Below are positions 36,257-43,996 of a stretch of 64,000 nucleotides of DNA, one piece after another. A program made the position numbers and the translations under genes. The stretch covers positions 70,024-134,023 of the forward strand of contig CAYFZD010000001.1 in NCBI GenBank assembly GCA_964347565.1. The letters run 5' to 3'. The stretch's first letter is position 1. Each line of letters begins with the position of its first letter. Under the pieces are notes generated by a model, which was not told the origin of the DNA, ran no database searches, and saw nothing but the letters and a program-made list of their open reading frames with translations. The DNA is from an uncultured Pseudomonadales bacterium. GTDB taxonomy: Bacteria; Patescibacteriota; Microgenomatia; UBA1400; UBA12108.

Positions 36257-37473
36257 ATGCATTTGAGGCAGAAATAAAAGGTAAGCAAGTCCTAGTTTTT
36301 GGTCTAGGTAATCAGGGTGGTGGAACAGGTGATTTGGCCTGGCTACAGAAGCACGGAGCCGTCGTTCGTGCCTCTGATAAAGATCTGACTCTGGTCGCAG
36401 AGGGACAAACTCCAGAGCAAATCGATTGGGCAGACATTATTATCAAAAATCCTGGTGTCCCAGATGATCATAAACTTCTCACTTACGCGAAATCATCGGG
36501 GAAGCTCATCTATACTAGCGCGGCAATCTTTGTGAAATATGCACCTATTAAGACCCTCGGCATTAGTGGGACACGTGGAAAATCTACGACCGCTGCCCTT
36601 ATCCACGCCATTTTGGAAAAAGTATACCCAGGCCAGGTATTATTTGGGGGCAATGTCGCTGGCACATCTTGCCTGTCTCTCTTTGACGAACTAGAAGGCA
36701 AAAAATATGCAGTCCTCGAACTCTCCTCTTTCCAGCTCCACAATTTTCATGAACTAAAGATCAGCCCTAATTTCGCTTTATTAACCAATATTTATCCAGA
36801 TCACCTCAATCGCTACCCCGACATGGAGAGTTACTTATATGACAAGCAAGCCATCTATCTCTACCAGAATCCAGGTGACTATCACGTCGAATATCCAGAT
36901 CCCCAGACAGTACGTGATTGGGAGACACCTCTGCCAGGAATTCATAACCTTCAAAACATTGCTGGAGCTTGGGGTATTGTTTCACGGTTGGGAGTCTCTG
37001 AGAATGTTGCTCGTCAAGTCGTATCCGAATTTACTGGTTTACCTTTTCGCCAAGAAAGGATTGCCACCATAAAAGGCATTACTTATATCAACGACACCAC
37101 TTCCACTACTCCCACTGCCGCCATGATGGCTCTCCAAGCAGCCACCATGCCCACAATCTGGATTACTGGAGGTGATACCAAAAATCTGCCATACAATGAA
37201 CTGTTGGATGTAGTCAAGACCAACCATCTACTCAAAAATATTGTCATACTTGGTTCCAAAAATATTCCTGATTACACTGCAGGTTTACTAAAAATAGCCC
37301 AAGATAAAATTATTGGTACAGTCCAGTCGATGCAAGCAGCAGTCGCGATGGCAAACAAAGTTGCCAAGCCAGGGGATGCCGTCCTCTTGTCCCCCGGCTT
37401 CGCCTCTTTTGACCTCTTTCAAAACGAATTCGATCGTGGTCGACAATTTAATGCGATTGTCACCTCACTATGA
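36253..37473 (+). CDS. murD: UDP-N-acetylmuramoylalanine--D-glutamate ligase MurD
   Basis: N-terminal Rossmann VLVFGLGNQGGG, Mur ligase P-loop LGISGTRGKSTTAALI, and C-terminal domain. Confidence 0.85.
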   Translation: MNAFEAEIKGKQVLVFGLGNQGGGTGDLAWLQKHGAVVRASDKDLTLVAEGQTPEQIDWADIIIKNPGVPDDHKLLTYAKSSGKLIYTSAAIFVKYAPIKTLGISGTRGKSTTAALIHAILEKVYPGQVLFGGNVAGTSCLSLFDELEGKKYAVLELSSFQLHNFHELKISPNFALLTNIYPDHLNRYPDMESYLYDKQAIYLYQNPGDYHVEYPDPQTVRDWETPLPGIHNLQNIAGAWGIVSRLGVSENVARQVVSEFTGLPFRQERIATIKGITYINDTTSTTPTAAMMALQAATMPTIWITGGDTKNLPYNELLDVVKTNHLLKNIVILGSKNIPDYTAGLLKIAQDKIIGTVQSMQAAVAMANKVAKPGDAVLLSPGFASFDLFQNEFDRGRQFNAIVTSL

Positions 37474-38549
37474 AAAAAATCAGTTTCTCCCTCTCTACTC
37501 GCATCATTCTAACGACGCTGCTCCTCTTAGGTTTTGGCCTCACCATGATCTATAGTGCCTCGGTCGCCGAGGGCGCTCGCGACTTTGGCAACAAATGGCA
37601 CTTTGTTCTCCTCCAACTGAAATGGGCAGGAGCCGGACTCTTGGGTATGTTTATCCTCAGCTTTATTCCTCCTCGGATTTGGGAGAAACTCGCACCCTAT
37701 ATTCTGCTTTTTGGTTTGACGCTCCTTCTTCTCGTGGCCATCCCCGGTATTGGTACAAAAGTCCAGGGTGCTAGACGCTGGCTCGTTCTCCCAGGCTTCA
37801 CCCTCCAGCCCTCAGAGCTTATCAAGATGATCGAAGTTATTTATCTTTCTTCCTGGCTTCATGCTCGTCGTGTCACGCCCACCCAATTTGGTGTATTCAT
37901 CGCCGTCTTGGGTGGACTCATTATGCTAGAGCCCGATATGGGGACTGCCCTGGTTGTGACTTTACTGGGTCTTACGATGTATTTCCTCTCTGGTTATCCG
38001 CTCAAACATTTGGCAATGCTTGGTGGAGCAGGCTTGGTTTTGGCCACCATCTTCATTGTCAGCGAGCCTTATCGTTTGGCGAGGGTAAAAACCTTTGTCG
38101 ACCCACTCCACGATACTCAGGGTAGCTCCTATCATATCCGCCAGGTCCTCCTCTCGTTGGGCTCGGGCGGAGTCTCTGGACTTGGGATCGGGCGCTCTCG
38201 GCAGAAATACGCCTACCTCCCCGAGGCGACGACTGACTCCATTTTCGCGGTAGTAGGGGAGGAGCTGGGCTTCATCGGCGGCGTTGCCCTGATTTTAGCT
38301 TTTCTCTATTACCTCTCTTTGATTTTCAAGCTGGCCGCGGCCGAAACCGACAAATTTGCCTCCTCACTTGTAGCGGGAGTCGGAGCATGGATCGGTTTGC
38401 AAGTATGTCTCAATTTGGCCGCGATGGTTGCCTTAACTCCCTTGACCGGCGTGCCACTCCCGCTTGTCTCCTACGGCGGGTCCGCCCTCGTCACCATGCT
38501 CGCAGGCGTCGGCTTCATCCTCTCTGTTGCTCGCTACGGTAAACACTGA
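37470..38549 (+). CDS. ftsW: SEDS-family peptidoglycan glycosyltransferase FtsW
   Basis: 10-TM SEDS architecture with the conserved C-terminal block LTPLTGVPLPLVSYGGSAL. dcw position between murD and murG. Confidence 0.85.
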   Translation: MKKISFSLSTRIILTTLLLLGFGLTMIYSASVAEGARDFGNKWHFVLLQLKWAGAGLLGMFILSFIPPRIWEKLAPYILLFGLTLLLLVAIPGIGTKVQGARRWLVLPGFTLQPSELIKMIEVIYLSSWLHARRVTPTQFGVFIAVLGGLIMLEPDMGTALVVTLLGLTMYFLSGYPLKHLAMLGGAGLVLATIFIVSEPYRLARVKTFVDPLHDTQGSSYHIRQVLLSLGSGGVSGLGIGRSRQKYAYLPEATTDSIFAVVGEELGFIGGVALILAFLYYLSLIFKLAAAETDKFASSLVAGVGAWIGLQVCLNLAAMVALTPLTGVPLPLVSYGGSALVTMLAGVGFILSVARYGKH

Positions 38550-38571
38550 TCCACTTGCTATACTTAAGTTC

Positions 38572-39633
38572 ATGAAAACAATCGTCATCACTGGTGGTCA
38601 TCACAACTCGGCGCTCGTTGTCGCTCAGGAATTGGTCAAGCGGGGACACAAAGTAGTCTGGATCGGACATCGCCACAGCAGTAGGGGCGATATTCAAGAC
38701 AGCGCCGAATATCTCGAGGTTACCTCTGCCCAGATTCCCTTTCATGATCTCCTCGCTGGCAAGCTGGTATTTGATCTGCATGAGCTCCTGCGACTCCCAT
38801 CCGGGTATTATTCAGCCCGTAAAATTTTGCAGAAAATCCGCCCTCACGCCATTCTTAGTTTTGGTGGGTATTTGGGAGGAACTGTGGCAATTGCGGGCAA
38901 AGTGCTTGGGATACCCATCTATCTCCACGAGCAAACCATCACTGCTGGACGCGCCAATAAATTGATCGGCCGACTCGCCAAGCGGATTTATCTGACTTGG
39001 CCAGAATCGGCCCAACATTTTAATTCTTCCAAAATCCTCGTCGTGGGTCTCCCCCTCAGAACCAGTATCTTGAGTGCCAAACCCAAATCACTCTTCACGC
39101 GCAAAAAGCCCACTCTCCTGGTGATGGGTGGCAAACAGGGGGCTCATATTCTCAATCAATTTGTTTTCTCCCATCTTACTGACTTACTCACTCACGTAAA
39201 CGTTGTTCACCAAACTGGCACCAACTCTACGACTCGTGATTACGAGCGCGCCCTCGCCCTCCAGGATTCACTCGCCAGTCTCGCTGATTGCTATCTCCCC
39301 CTAGGATACATTACTGAGAGTGAAATCGGCACCTACCTGCGTAGTGCCGACTATTATTTTGGCCGCTCTGGCGCACATATTACTTATGAGCTCGCGGTCC
39401 TTGGTTTACCCGCATTACTGGTCCCCTTGATGTCTACGCACGACCAGGAGCAACTCAAGAATGCCCATGTGCTTTCAAAAGCTAATTTAGGAATAGTTCT
39501 TGCCCAAAGCGAACTGACTTTACCCCATTTCCTCACCAAGCTTACCCAACTCAAATCACTCTCAGGTCAAACTCTCGCCCTTCCCAAAAATAGCGCCCCA
39601 CAGTTGGTCGACGACTTATGTCAAAATATTTAG
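38572..39633 (+). CDS. murG: undecaprenyldiphospho-muramoylpentapeptide beta-N-acetylglucosaminyltransferase MurG
   Basis: MKTIVITGGHHNSALVVAQEL, a GT28 N-terminal G-loop, and C-terminal GT-B domain. The start was chosen at the internal ATG downstream of the ftsW stop. Confidence 0.85.
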   Translation: MKTIVITGGHHNSALVVAQELVKRGHKVVWIGHRHSSRGDIQDSAEYLEVTSAQIPFHDLLAGKLVFDLHELLRLPSGYYSARKILQKIRPHAILSFGGYLGGTVAIAGKVLGIPIYLHEQTITAGRANKLIGRLAKRIYLTWPESAQHFNSSKILVVGLPLRTSILSAKPKSLFTRKKPTLLVMGGKQGAHILNQFVFSHLTDLLTHVNVVHQTGTNSTTRDYERALALQDSLASLADCYLPLGYITESEIGTYLRSADYYFGRSGAHITYELAVLGLPALLVPLMSTHDQEQLKNAHVLSKANLGIVLAQSELTLPHFLTKLTQLKSLSGQTLALPKNSAPQLVDDLCQNI

Positions 39634-40334
39634 TCTTTACCCGCGAAATCATCGCACCTTCTCTCGTGGTGCTTGGTGTTTTAGCTCTCGCCTACATCAC
39701 GATATACTCTTCCTTTTTCAAAATTACCTCGATTGACTGCACCCAAGATTTCCGTCCGTGCGAGAATCCTGCCCTCCTCAGTGAACTCGACAAACTTGTT
39801 GGTCAAAATCTCTTTACCCTCCCTGTGTCCAAACTCAAAACCAGACTACTCTCGGGAGATTTTATGTTACGTGAGTTAGAAATACACAGACGATTACCCA
39901 GCCACCTTCAATTTACCCTCCAGTCAGTCTATCCCGTGGTGTCACTCCAAATCTCTGGGGATCCTAGCTGGGTAATCTTTGATTCCCAATTCCGTGTCAT
40001 TGGACGTCACTTGAGCGACCCCAATGTCCCGACGGTGATCGTGTCAGGTCCACTGACTTTAACTGTTGGTAAGGTCATCCCCGATCAAGACATCATTCGC
40101 TCACTTGCGCTCGCCCTCCGCCTCAGGGACTCGTTGATCTCATTCAAAACACTTACGCTCGTGGATCCTGACACCCTCGAGCTCAAGCTAGATAAAGGCA
40201 TAGTCGCGATCTTTACTCCCAAAATCGAGGAGTCTTCCCAGCTCCACTCATTGCAAGCCGTCCTCTCTGACGCTACAATTATGCAAGGAGTGCACGTTAT
40301 TGATGTGCGTTTCGCTCAGCCCGTGTTACGCTAA
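39618..40334 (+). CDS. ftsQ: FtsQ/DivIB-like cell-division protein
   Basis: Single N-terminal TM (PSLVVLGVLALAYITIY) followed by a POTRA-like and beta domain. Positioned between murG and ftsA. Confidence 0.55.
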   Translation: MSKYLVFTREIIAPSLVVLGVLALAYITIYSSFFKITSIDCTQDFRPCENPALLSELDKLVGQNLFTLPVSKLKTRLLSGDFMLRELEIHRRLPSHLQFTLQSVYPVVSLQISGDPSWVIFDSQFRVIGRHLSDPNVPTVIVSGPLTLTVGKVIPDQDIIRSLALALRLRDSLISFKTLTLVDPDTLELKLDKGIVAIFTPKIEESSQLHSLQAVLSDATIMQGVHVIDVRFAQPVLR

Positions 40335-40424
40335 TAAAGATGATAAGATCAATCATATGACCAACAATATAAATTCTAATAAAAATCGAAATGGTTGCAG
40401 TGTAACGAAGTGGAACGAAACACC

Positions 40425-41717
40425 ATGAAAAAGATATCTCAATATGCGGTTGTAGATCTAGGCTCTTCCAAAATCACCTGTATCATTGCCACGCGGGGAG
40501 ACGAGGATAGTACCTTGCGGGTCGTAGGAGTCGCGAGTGTTACTAGTCGAGGTATCCGCAAAAGTCAAATTGTGGATATTGAGGAGTCGATCGAAGCCGT
40601 TACTGAAGCTGTCGAATCGGCCGAGCGCATGGCTGGGCTCTCGATCAAAGATGCGACCGTTTCCGTCTCTGGCATTCACGTCGAATCACTCAACTCCAAA
40701 GGTTTGGTCGCTGTGCAAGATCAGGGAGGCGAGATCACCTCTACCGACGTGCTGCGCGTGATCGACGCCGCCAAGGCCGTCCCTCTCCCTCCCCAAAGGG
40801 AGATCCTGCATGTGATTCCTCGTTTTTTCCTCGTCGACAACCAAGATGGCATCAAAGATCCCGTCGGAATGTCTGGTGTGCGACTAGAGGCCGAGGCCCA
40901 TTTGATCACCGGCTCCTCCGTGAACCTCAAAAACATCGCGAGGGTTATGAGTGAAATAGGCGTGGACACGCGCAGTATCACTTTCGCCGGTTATGCCTCC
41001 TCGCTCTCTACGCTTACCGATACCGAAAAAGAGCTCGGTACCGTGATTATCGATATAGGGGGAGGTACCACCAGCCTCTGTGTCTACCAAGAGGGGGCTC
41101 TCTCTCATTCGGCCGTGTTACCAGTCGGCGCCAAAAATATCACCAATGATATCGCTATCGGACTACGCGTCAGCCTAGATAGCGCCGAGATCATCAAACG
41201 CAATTTAGCGGAGGGTGAGCAAATTGCCAAAGTGTTAGACCCTAAGAGTGTCAGTAGCAAAAAGCAAGCCGACGAAATAGATCTCCACAAACTGGGTTTA
41301 AAAGATGCCCCACGCAAAATTTCCCGTAAGGCAGTTGTCGAGGGAATTGTCCGTCCTCGTCTCAATGAGATCTTCGAGCTCATCAAAGCCGAGCTCATCA
41401 AGGCGGGCATGGGGGGCAAGACTCCCGCCGGACTCGTCCTCACAGGGGGAGGGGCTATGACGTATGGTCTTAGCGATACCGCCCGTAAAATCCTTAATAT
41501 GCAATCACGCATTGCCACCCCGGTGGGTCTCACTGGGCTAGTTGATGAGATCAATACACCCGAATACGCGACCGCCGCCGGATTACTCATCCTCTCTCAG
41601 CGGGATGAAGGACGCCCAGCAAGTTCTGGACTCAAACTCCCCAAATTGAAGTTTAAATTGCCGACTTCGCATTCTGTGAAAAAAGTGATAGACTTCATTA
41701 AGAGTTTCCTGCCCTGA
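40425..41717 (+). CDS. ftsA: cell-division protein FtsA
   Basis: [16 protein letters not shown] actin-fold phosphate-1 motif, [10 protein letters not shown] phosphate-2 motif, and a C-terminal amphipathic tail. Confidence 0.9.
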   Translation: MKKISQYAVVDLGSSKITCIIATRGDEDSTLRVVGVASVTSRGIRKSQIVDIEESIEAVTEAVESAERMAGLSIKDATVSVSGIHVESLNSKGLVAVQDQGGEITSTDVLRVIDAAKAVPLPPQREILHVIPRFFLVDNQDGIKDPVGMSGVRLEAEAHLITGSSVNLKNIARVMSEIGVDTRSITFAGYASSLSTLTDTEKELGTVIIDIGGGTTSLCVYQEGALSHSAVLPVGAKNITNDIAIGLRVSLDSAEIIKRNLAEGEQIAKVLDPKSVSSKKQADEIDLHKLGLKDAPRKISRKAVVEGIVRPRLNEIFELIKAELIKAGMGGKTPAGLVLTGGGAMTYGLSDTARKILNMQSRIATPVGLTGLVDEINTPEYATAAGLLILSQRDEGRPASSGLKLPKLKFKLPTSHSVKKVIDFIKSFLP

Positions 41718-41727
41718 TAGGAAATCT

Positions 41728-42855
41728 ATGGGTCTAGTAAAACCAGATTTAAACGCGGTCGCCAAAATCAAAGTGATTGGAATTGGAGGTGGAGGCAACA
41801 ACGCCGTGGCCTCGATGGTCACCACTGGTAAGATCAAAGGTGTCGAATTCGTCTCTATCAATACCGACTCGCAAGCACTCCTCAATAACCCAGCCAGTGT
41901 CAAAATCCAGATAGGAGAGAACCTCACCAAGGGTCTAGGTAGCGGCGCTGATCCCGAGATCGGAGCCCAAGCCGCCCAAGAATCTCGTGAAAAAATCAAA
42001 GAGCTTCTCATGGATACCGACATGGTCTTTATCACCGCTGGTATGGGCGGTGGAACTGGCACAGGAGGCGCTCCCCTCATTGCCGAGATTGCGAAGGAAG
42101 CGGGTGCCCTGACTGTCGCTGTCGTCACCAAGCCCTTTGCCTTCGAAGGCATCCGTCGCATGAGTGTGGCCGAGGACGGGATCGAGGAGCTCAAAGGCAA
42201 GGTAGATACTCTCATCGTGATCCCCAATCAAAAACTGATGGACGTGGTAGACAAAAAAATGACGCTCCAGGAGGCCTTCCGGGTCGCTGACTCGGTGCTT
42301 GGCCAAGGAGTGCAAGGGATCTCTGATCTCATCACCGTGGCTGGGCTCATCAACGTCGACTTCGCCGACGTTCGCGCCATCATGACCGACGCCGGTACTG
42401 CGCTCATGGGCGTGGGTATGGGAACGGGAGAGAATCGCGCCCAAATGGCGGCTCGTACTGCTATTTCTTCTCCATTACTTGAGGTTAAGATCGACGGGGC
42501 CCGTGGGATTCTCTTCAATATTACTGGTGGCCCGAGTCTCACCATGACCGAGGTCTCCGAGGCCGCGGAGATGATCTCCACGCACGCCGACCCCGACGCC
42601 AATATCATCTTTGGCGCTACGATCGACGAGGCGATGGGTGACCAGATCAAGATCTCGGTGATCGCGACCGGGTTCGATAATACAAGGGGAGGATTTGGCA
42701 ATCTCCAGGGCATTGGTCAGTCTGCGACGATCAAGTATGACCCCTCAGATGATGACACCCCCAGCGACGACGACGATTCCACCGCGCCTCCCAAACCACC
42801 CGCCTCCGACTCTAGCGATCCCTTCGATATCCCGGCGTTCTTAAGACAAAATTAG
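41728..42855 (+). CDS. ftsZ: cell-division GTPase FtsZ
   Basis: [10 protein letters not shown] tubulin signature, the NTDAQAL-like region, an acidic linker and the conserved C-terminal FtsA-binding peptide DIPAFLR. Confidence 0.97.
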   Translation: MGLVKPDLNAVAKIKVIGIGGGGNNAVASMVTTGKIKGVEFVSINTDSQALLNNPASVKIQIGENLTKGLGSGADPEIGAQAAQESREKIKELLMDTDMVFITAGMGGGTGTGGAPLIAEIAKEAGALTVAVVTKPFAFEGIRRMSVAEDGIEELKGKVDTLIVIPNQKLMDVVDKKMTLQEAFRVADSVLGQGVQGISDLITVAGLINVDFADVRAIMTDAGTALMGVGMGTGENRAQMAARTAISSPLLEVKIDGARGILFNITGGPSLTMTEVSEAAEMISTHADPDANIIFGATIDEAMGDQIKISVIATGFDNTRGGFGNLQGIGQSATIKYDPSDDDTPSDDDDSTAPPKPPASDSSDPFDIPAFLRQN

Positions 42856-42856
42856 A

Positions 42857-43318
42857 TTACTCGATCTTTCTCACCACATACTCAATTTGCCGATCAGGCA
42901 TCACGACGACTGCTTTATCGCCCACCTTTTTCCCCAGTAGCGCCATGCCAATAGGAGATTCAAGTGATAACAGACCCTTTTTGGGATCCGACTCCTGGGT
43001 GCCCACGAGTGTGTAAATATATTCCTTCCCCCCTAGCTCCACGGTGACCTTGTTCCCAAACCCAACTTTCCCGTCATTTTTAGCCTCGACGATCTCGCCA
43101 TACTTGAGGTTGTACTCCAGCCTCCTTAGTTCCCGGTCGACATTCCCTAGCTCGAACCGGGCGGCCGTATAGGCTCCGTTCTCGGATAGATCTCCCATCT
43201 CACGCGCGCGCTGCAGCGACACCAGTACTATCTCGCGTTTTGCCAGGAGCTCTGTTCGTCTCACTTCGAGCTGATCATAGCCCGCCCTCGTGAAGGGGAC
43301 CTTATCCGGCTGCTTCAT
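42857..43318 (-). CDS. greA: transcription elongation factor GreA
   Basis: The N-terminal coiled coil carries the acidic tip GDLSENGAYTAAR, and the C-terminal FKBP-like domain ends PIGMALLGKKVGD. Start taken at MKQPDK. Its stop lies 1 bp from the ftsZ stop. Confidence 0.9.
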   Translation of the reverse strand: MKQPDKVPFTRAGYDQLEVRRTELLAKREIVLVSLQRAREMGDLSENGAYTAARFELGNVDRELRRLEYNLKYGEIVEAKNDGKVGFGNKVTVELGGKEYIYTLVGTQESDPKKGLLSLESPIGMALLGKKVGDKAVVVMPDRQIEYVVRKIE

Positions 43319-43369
43319 ATGTCGCACAATCGCACGTTTACTCATACATGTATCATACAGCATAGATAC

Positions 43370-43398
43370 TTGCTATTTATTATAAGACATGATAGTAT
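43370..43398 (+). promoter_or_regulatory. candidate promoter with extended -10 (TTGCTA-17 bp-TGaTAGTAT)
   Basis: TTGCTA at 43370-43375, TG at 43390-43391 and TAGTAT at 43393-43398. The predicted TSS is about 2 nt before ATG 43407, giving a near-leaderless mRNA. The same TGATAGTAT element precedes the major pilin gene. Confidence 0.35.
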
Positions 43399-43406
43399 TC
43401 GCAAAT

Positions 43407-43970
43407 ATGTTCAAAACAATCTTAGCCCTCTTTATCATTTCGCTCGCGATCCTCTCGCAACACCCAGCCATCTCCGCGGCCAAGCCCTTCCCTCGACCTT
43501 CTCGTACGCCCAAACCAAGTTGGACTCCCAAACCCAGTCCCAGGGTGTCGCCTACGCCAACCCCATCTCCCTCTCCTACTCCTACCCCAACCCCTACACC
43601 AACCCCTACGCCTTCTCCCACTCCAACACCAACTCCAACACCAACGCCCACACCTACGCCTACTCCTTCCCCTAGTCCCACCATCACTTCCGTGAATCGT
43701 CAGGAATGTAGTGTTGGCTCAAGCTGCTACGGACTGGTGACTAATGTCCAGGTTTTTGGTTCCGGATTTGCGATTGACTCGCGCGTGTCCCTCAAAAAAA
43801 CCTATCTCTCCGGGAGTCCAGAGGAATTTGGCCGCTATGTCGGTGGCAACGGCTCCAGCTACATCTTGACTGACTTTACCCTCGCACACTGTACTACCTA
43901 CAATGTCACCGTCAGCGGTAGCACAGGATCTGTCACTGCAACTGGTCTACTCACCTCGATGTGTCCGTAA
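43407..43970 (+). CDS. secreted protein with (Thr/Ser-Pro)n linker and Cys-containing C-terminal domain
   Basis: Signal peptide [24 protein letters not shown], then about 40 residues of [12 protein letters not shown] repeat, then a 100-aa domain with 4 Cys. The ORF track starts it at the upstream ATG 43389. Confidence 0.6.
   Translation: MFKTILALFIISLAILSQHPAISAAKPFPRPSRTPKPSWTPKPSPRVSPTPTPSPSPTPTPTPTPTPTPSPTPTPTPTPTPTPTPTPSPSPTITSVNRQECSVGSSCYGLVTNVQVFGSGFAIDSRVSLKKTYLSGSPEEFGRYVGGNGSSYILTDFTLAHCTTYNVTVSGSTGSVTATGLLTSMCP
43549..43680 (+). repeat. imperfect hexanucleotide (CCNACN)n microsatellite encoding the TP/SP linker
   Basis: Visible runs of cctacgcc/aacccc/tacacc/aactcc units. The complementary strand yields a spurious GVGVGV ORF (43373..43687 in the track). 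Confidence 0.8.
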
Positions 43971-43996
43971 TCTTCTGCTAGTGTAAAATAGTCTTC

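Noticed and set aside
41105-42713. Several long minus-strand and alternate-frame ORFs over ftsA/ftsZ (41105..41590, 41583..42227, 41935..42444, 42228..42713)
   Set aside because: They overlap canonical ftsA/ftsZ coding sequence and are Ala/Pro/Ser/Arg-rich as expected of antisense reading. They have no start context.
43373-43687. 104-aa minus-strand ORF encoding GVGVGVGV repeats
   Set aside because: It is the reverse complement of the (CCNACN)n microsatellite coding the TP linker of the plus-strand secreted protein. It has no signal of independent function.
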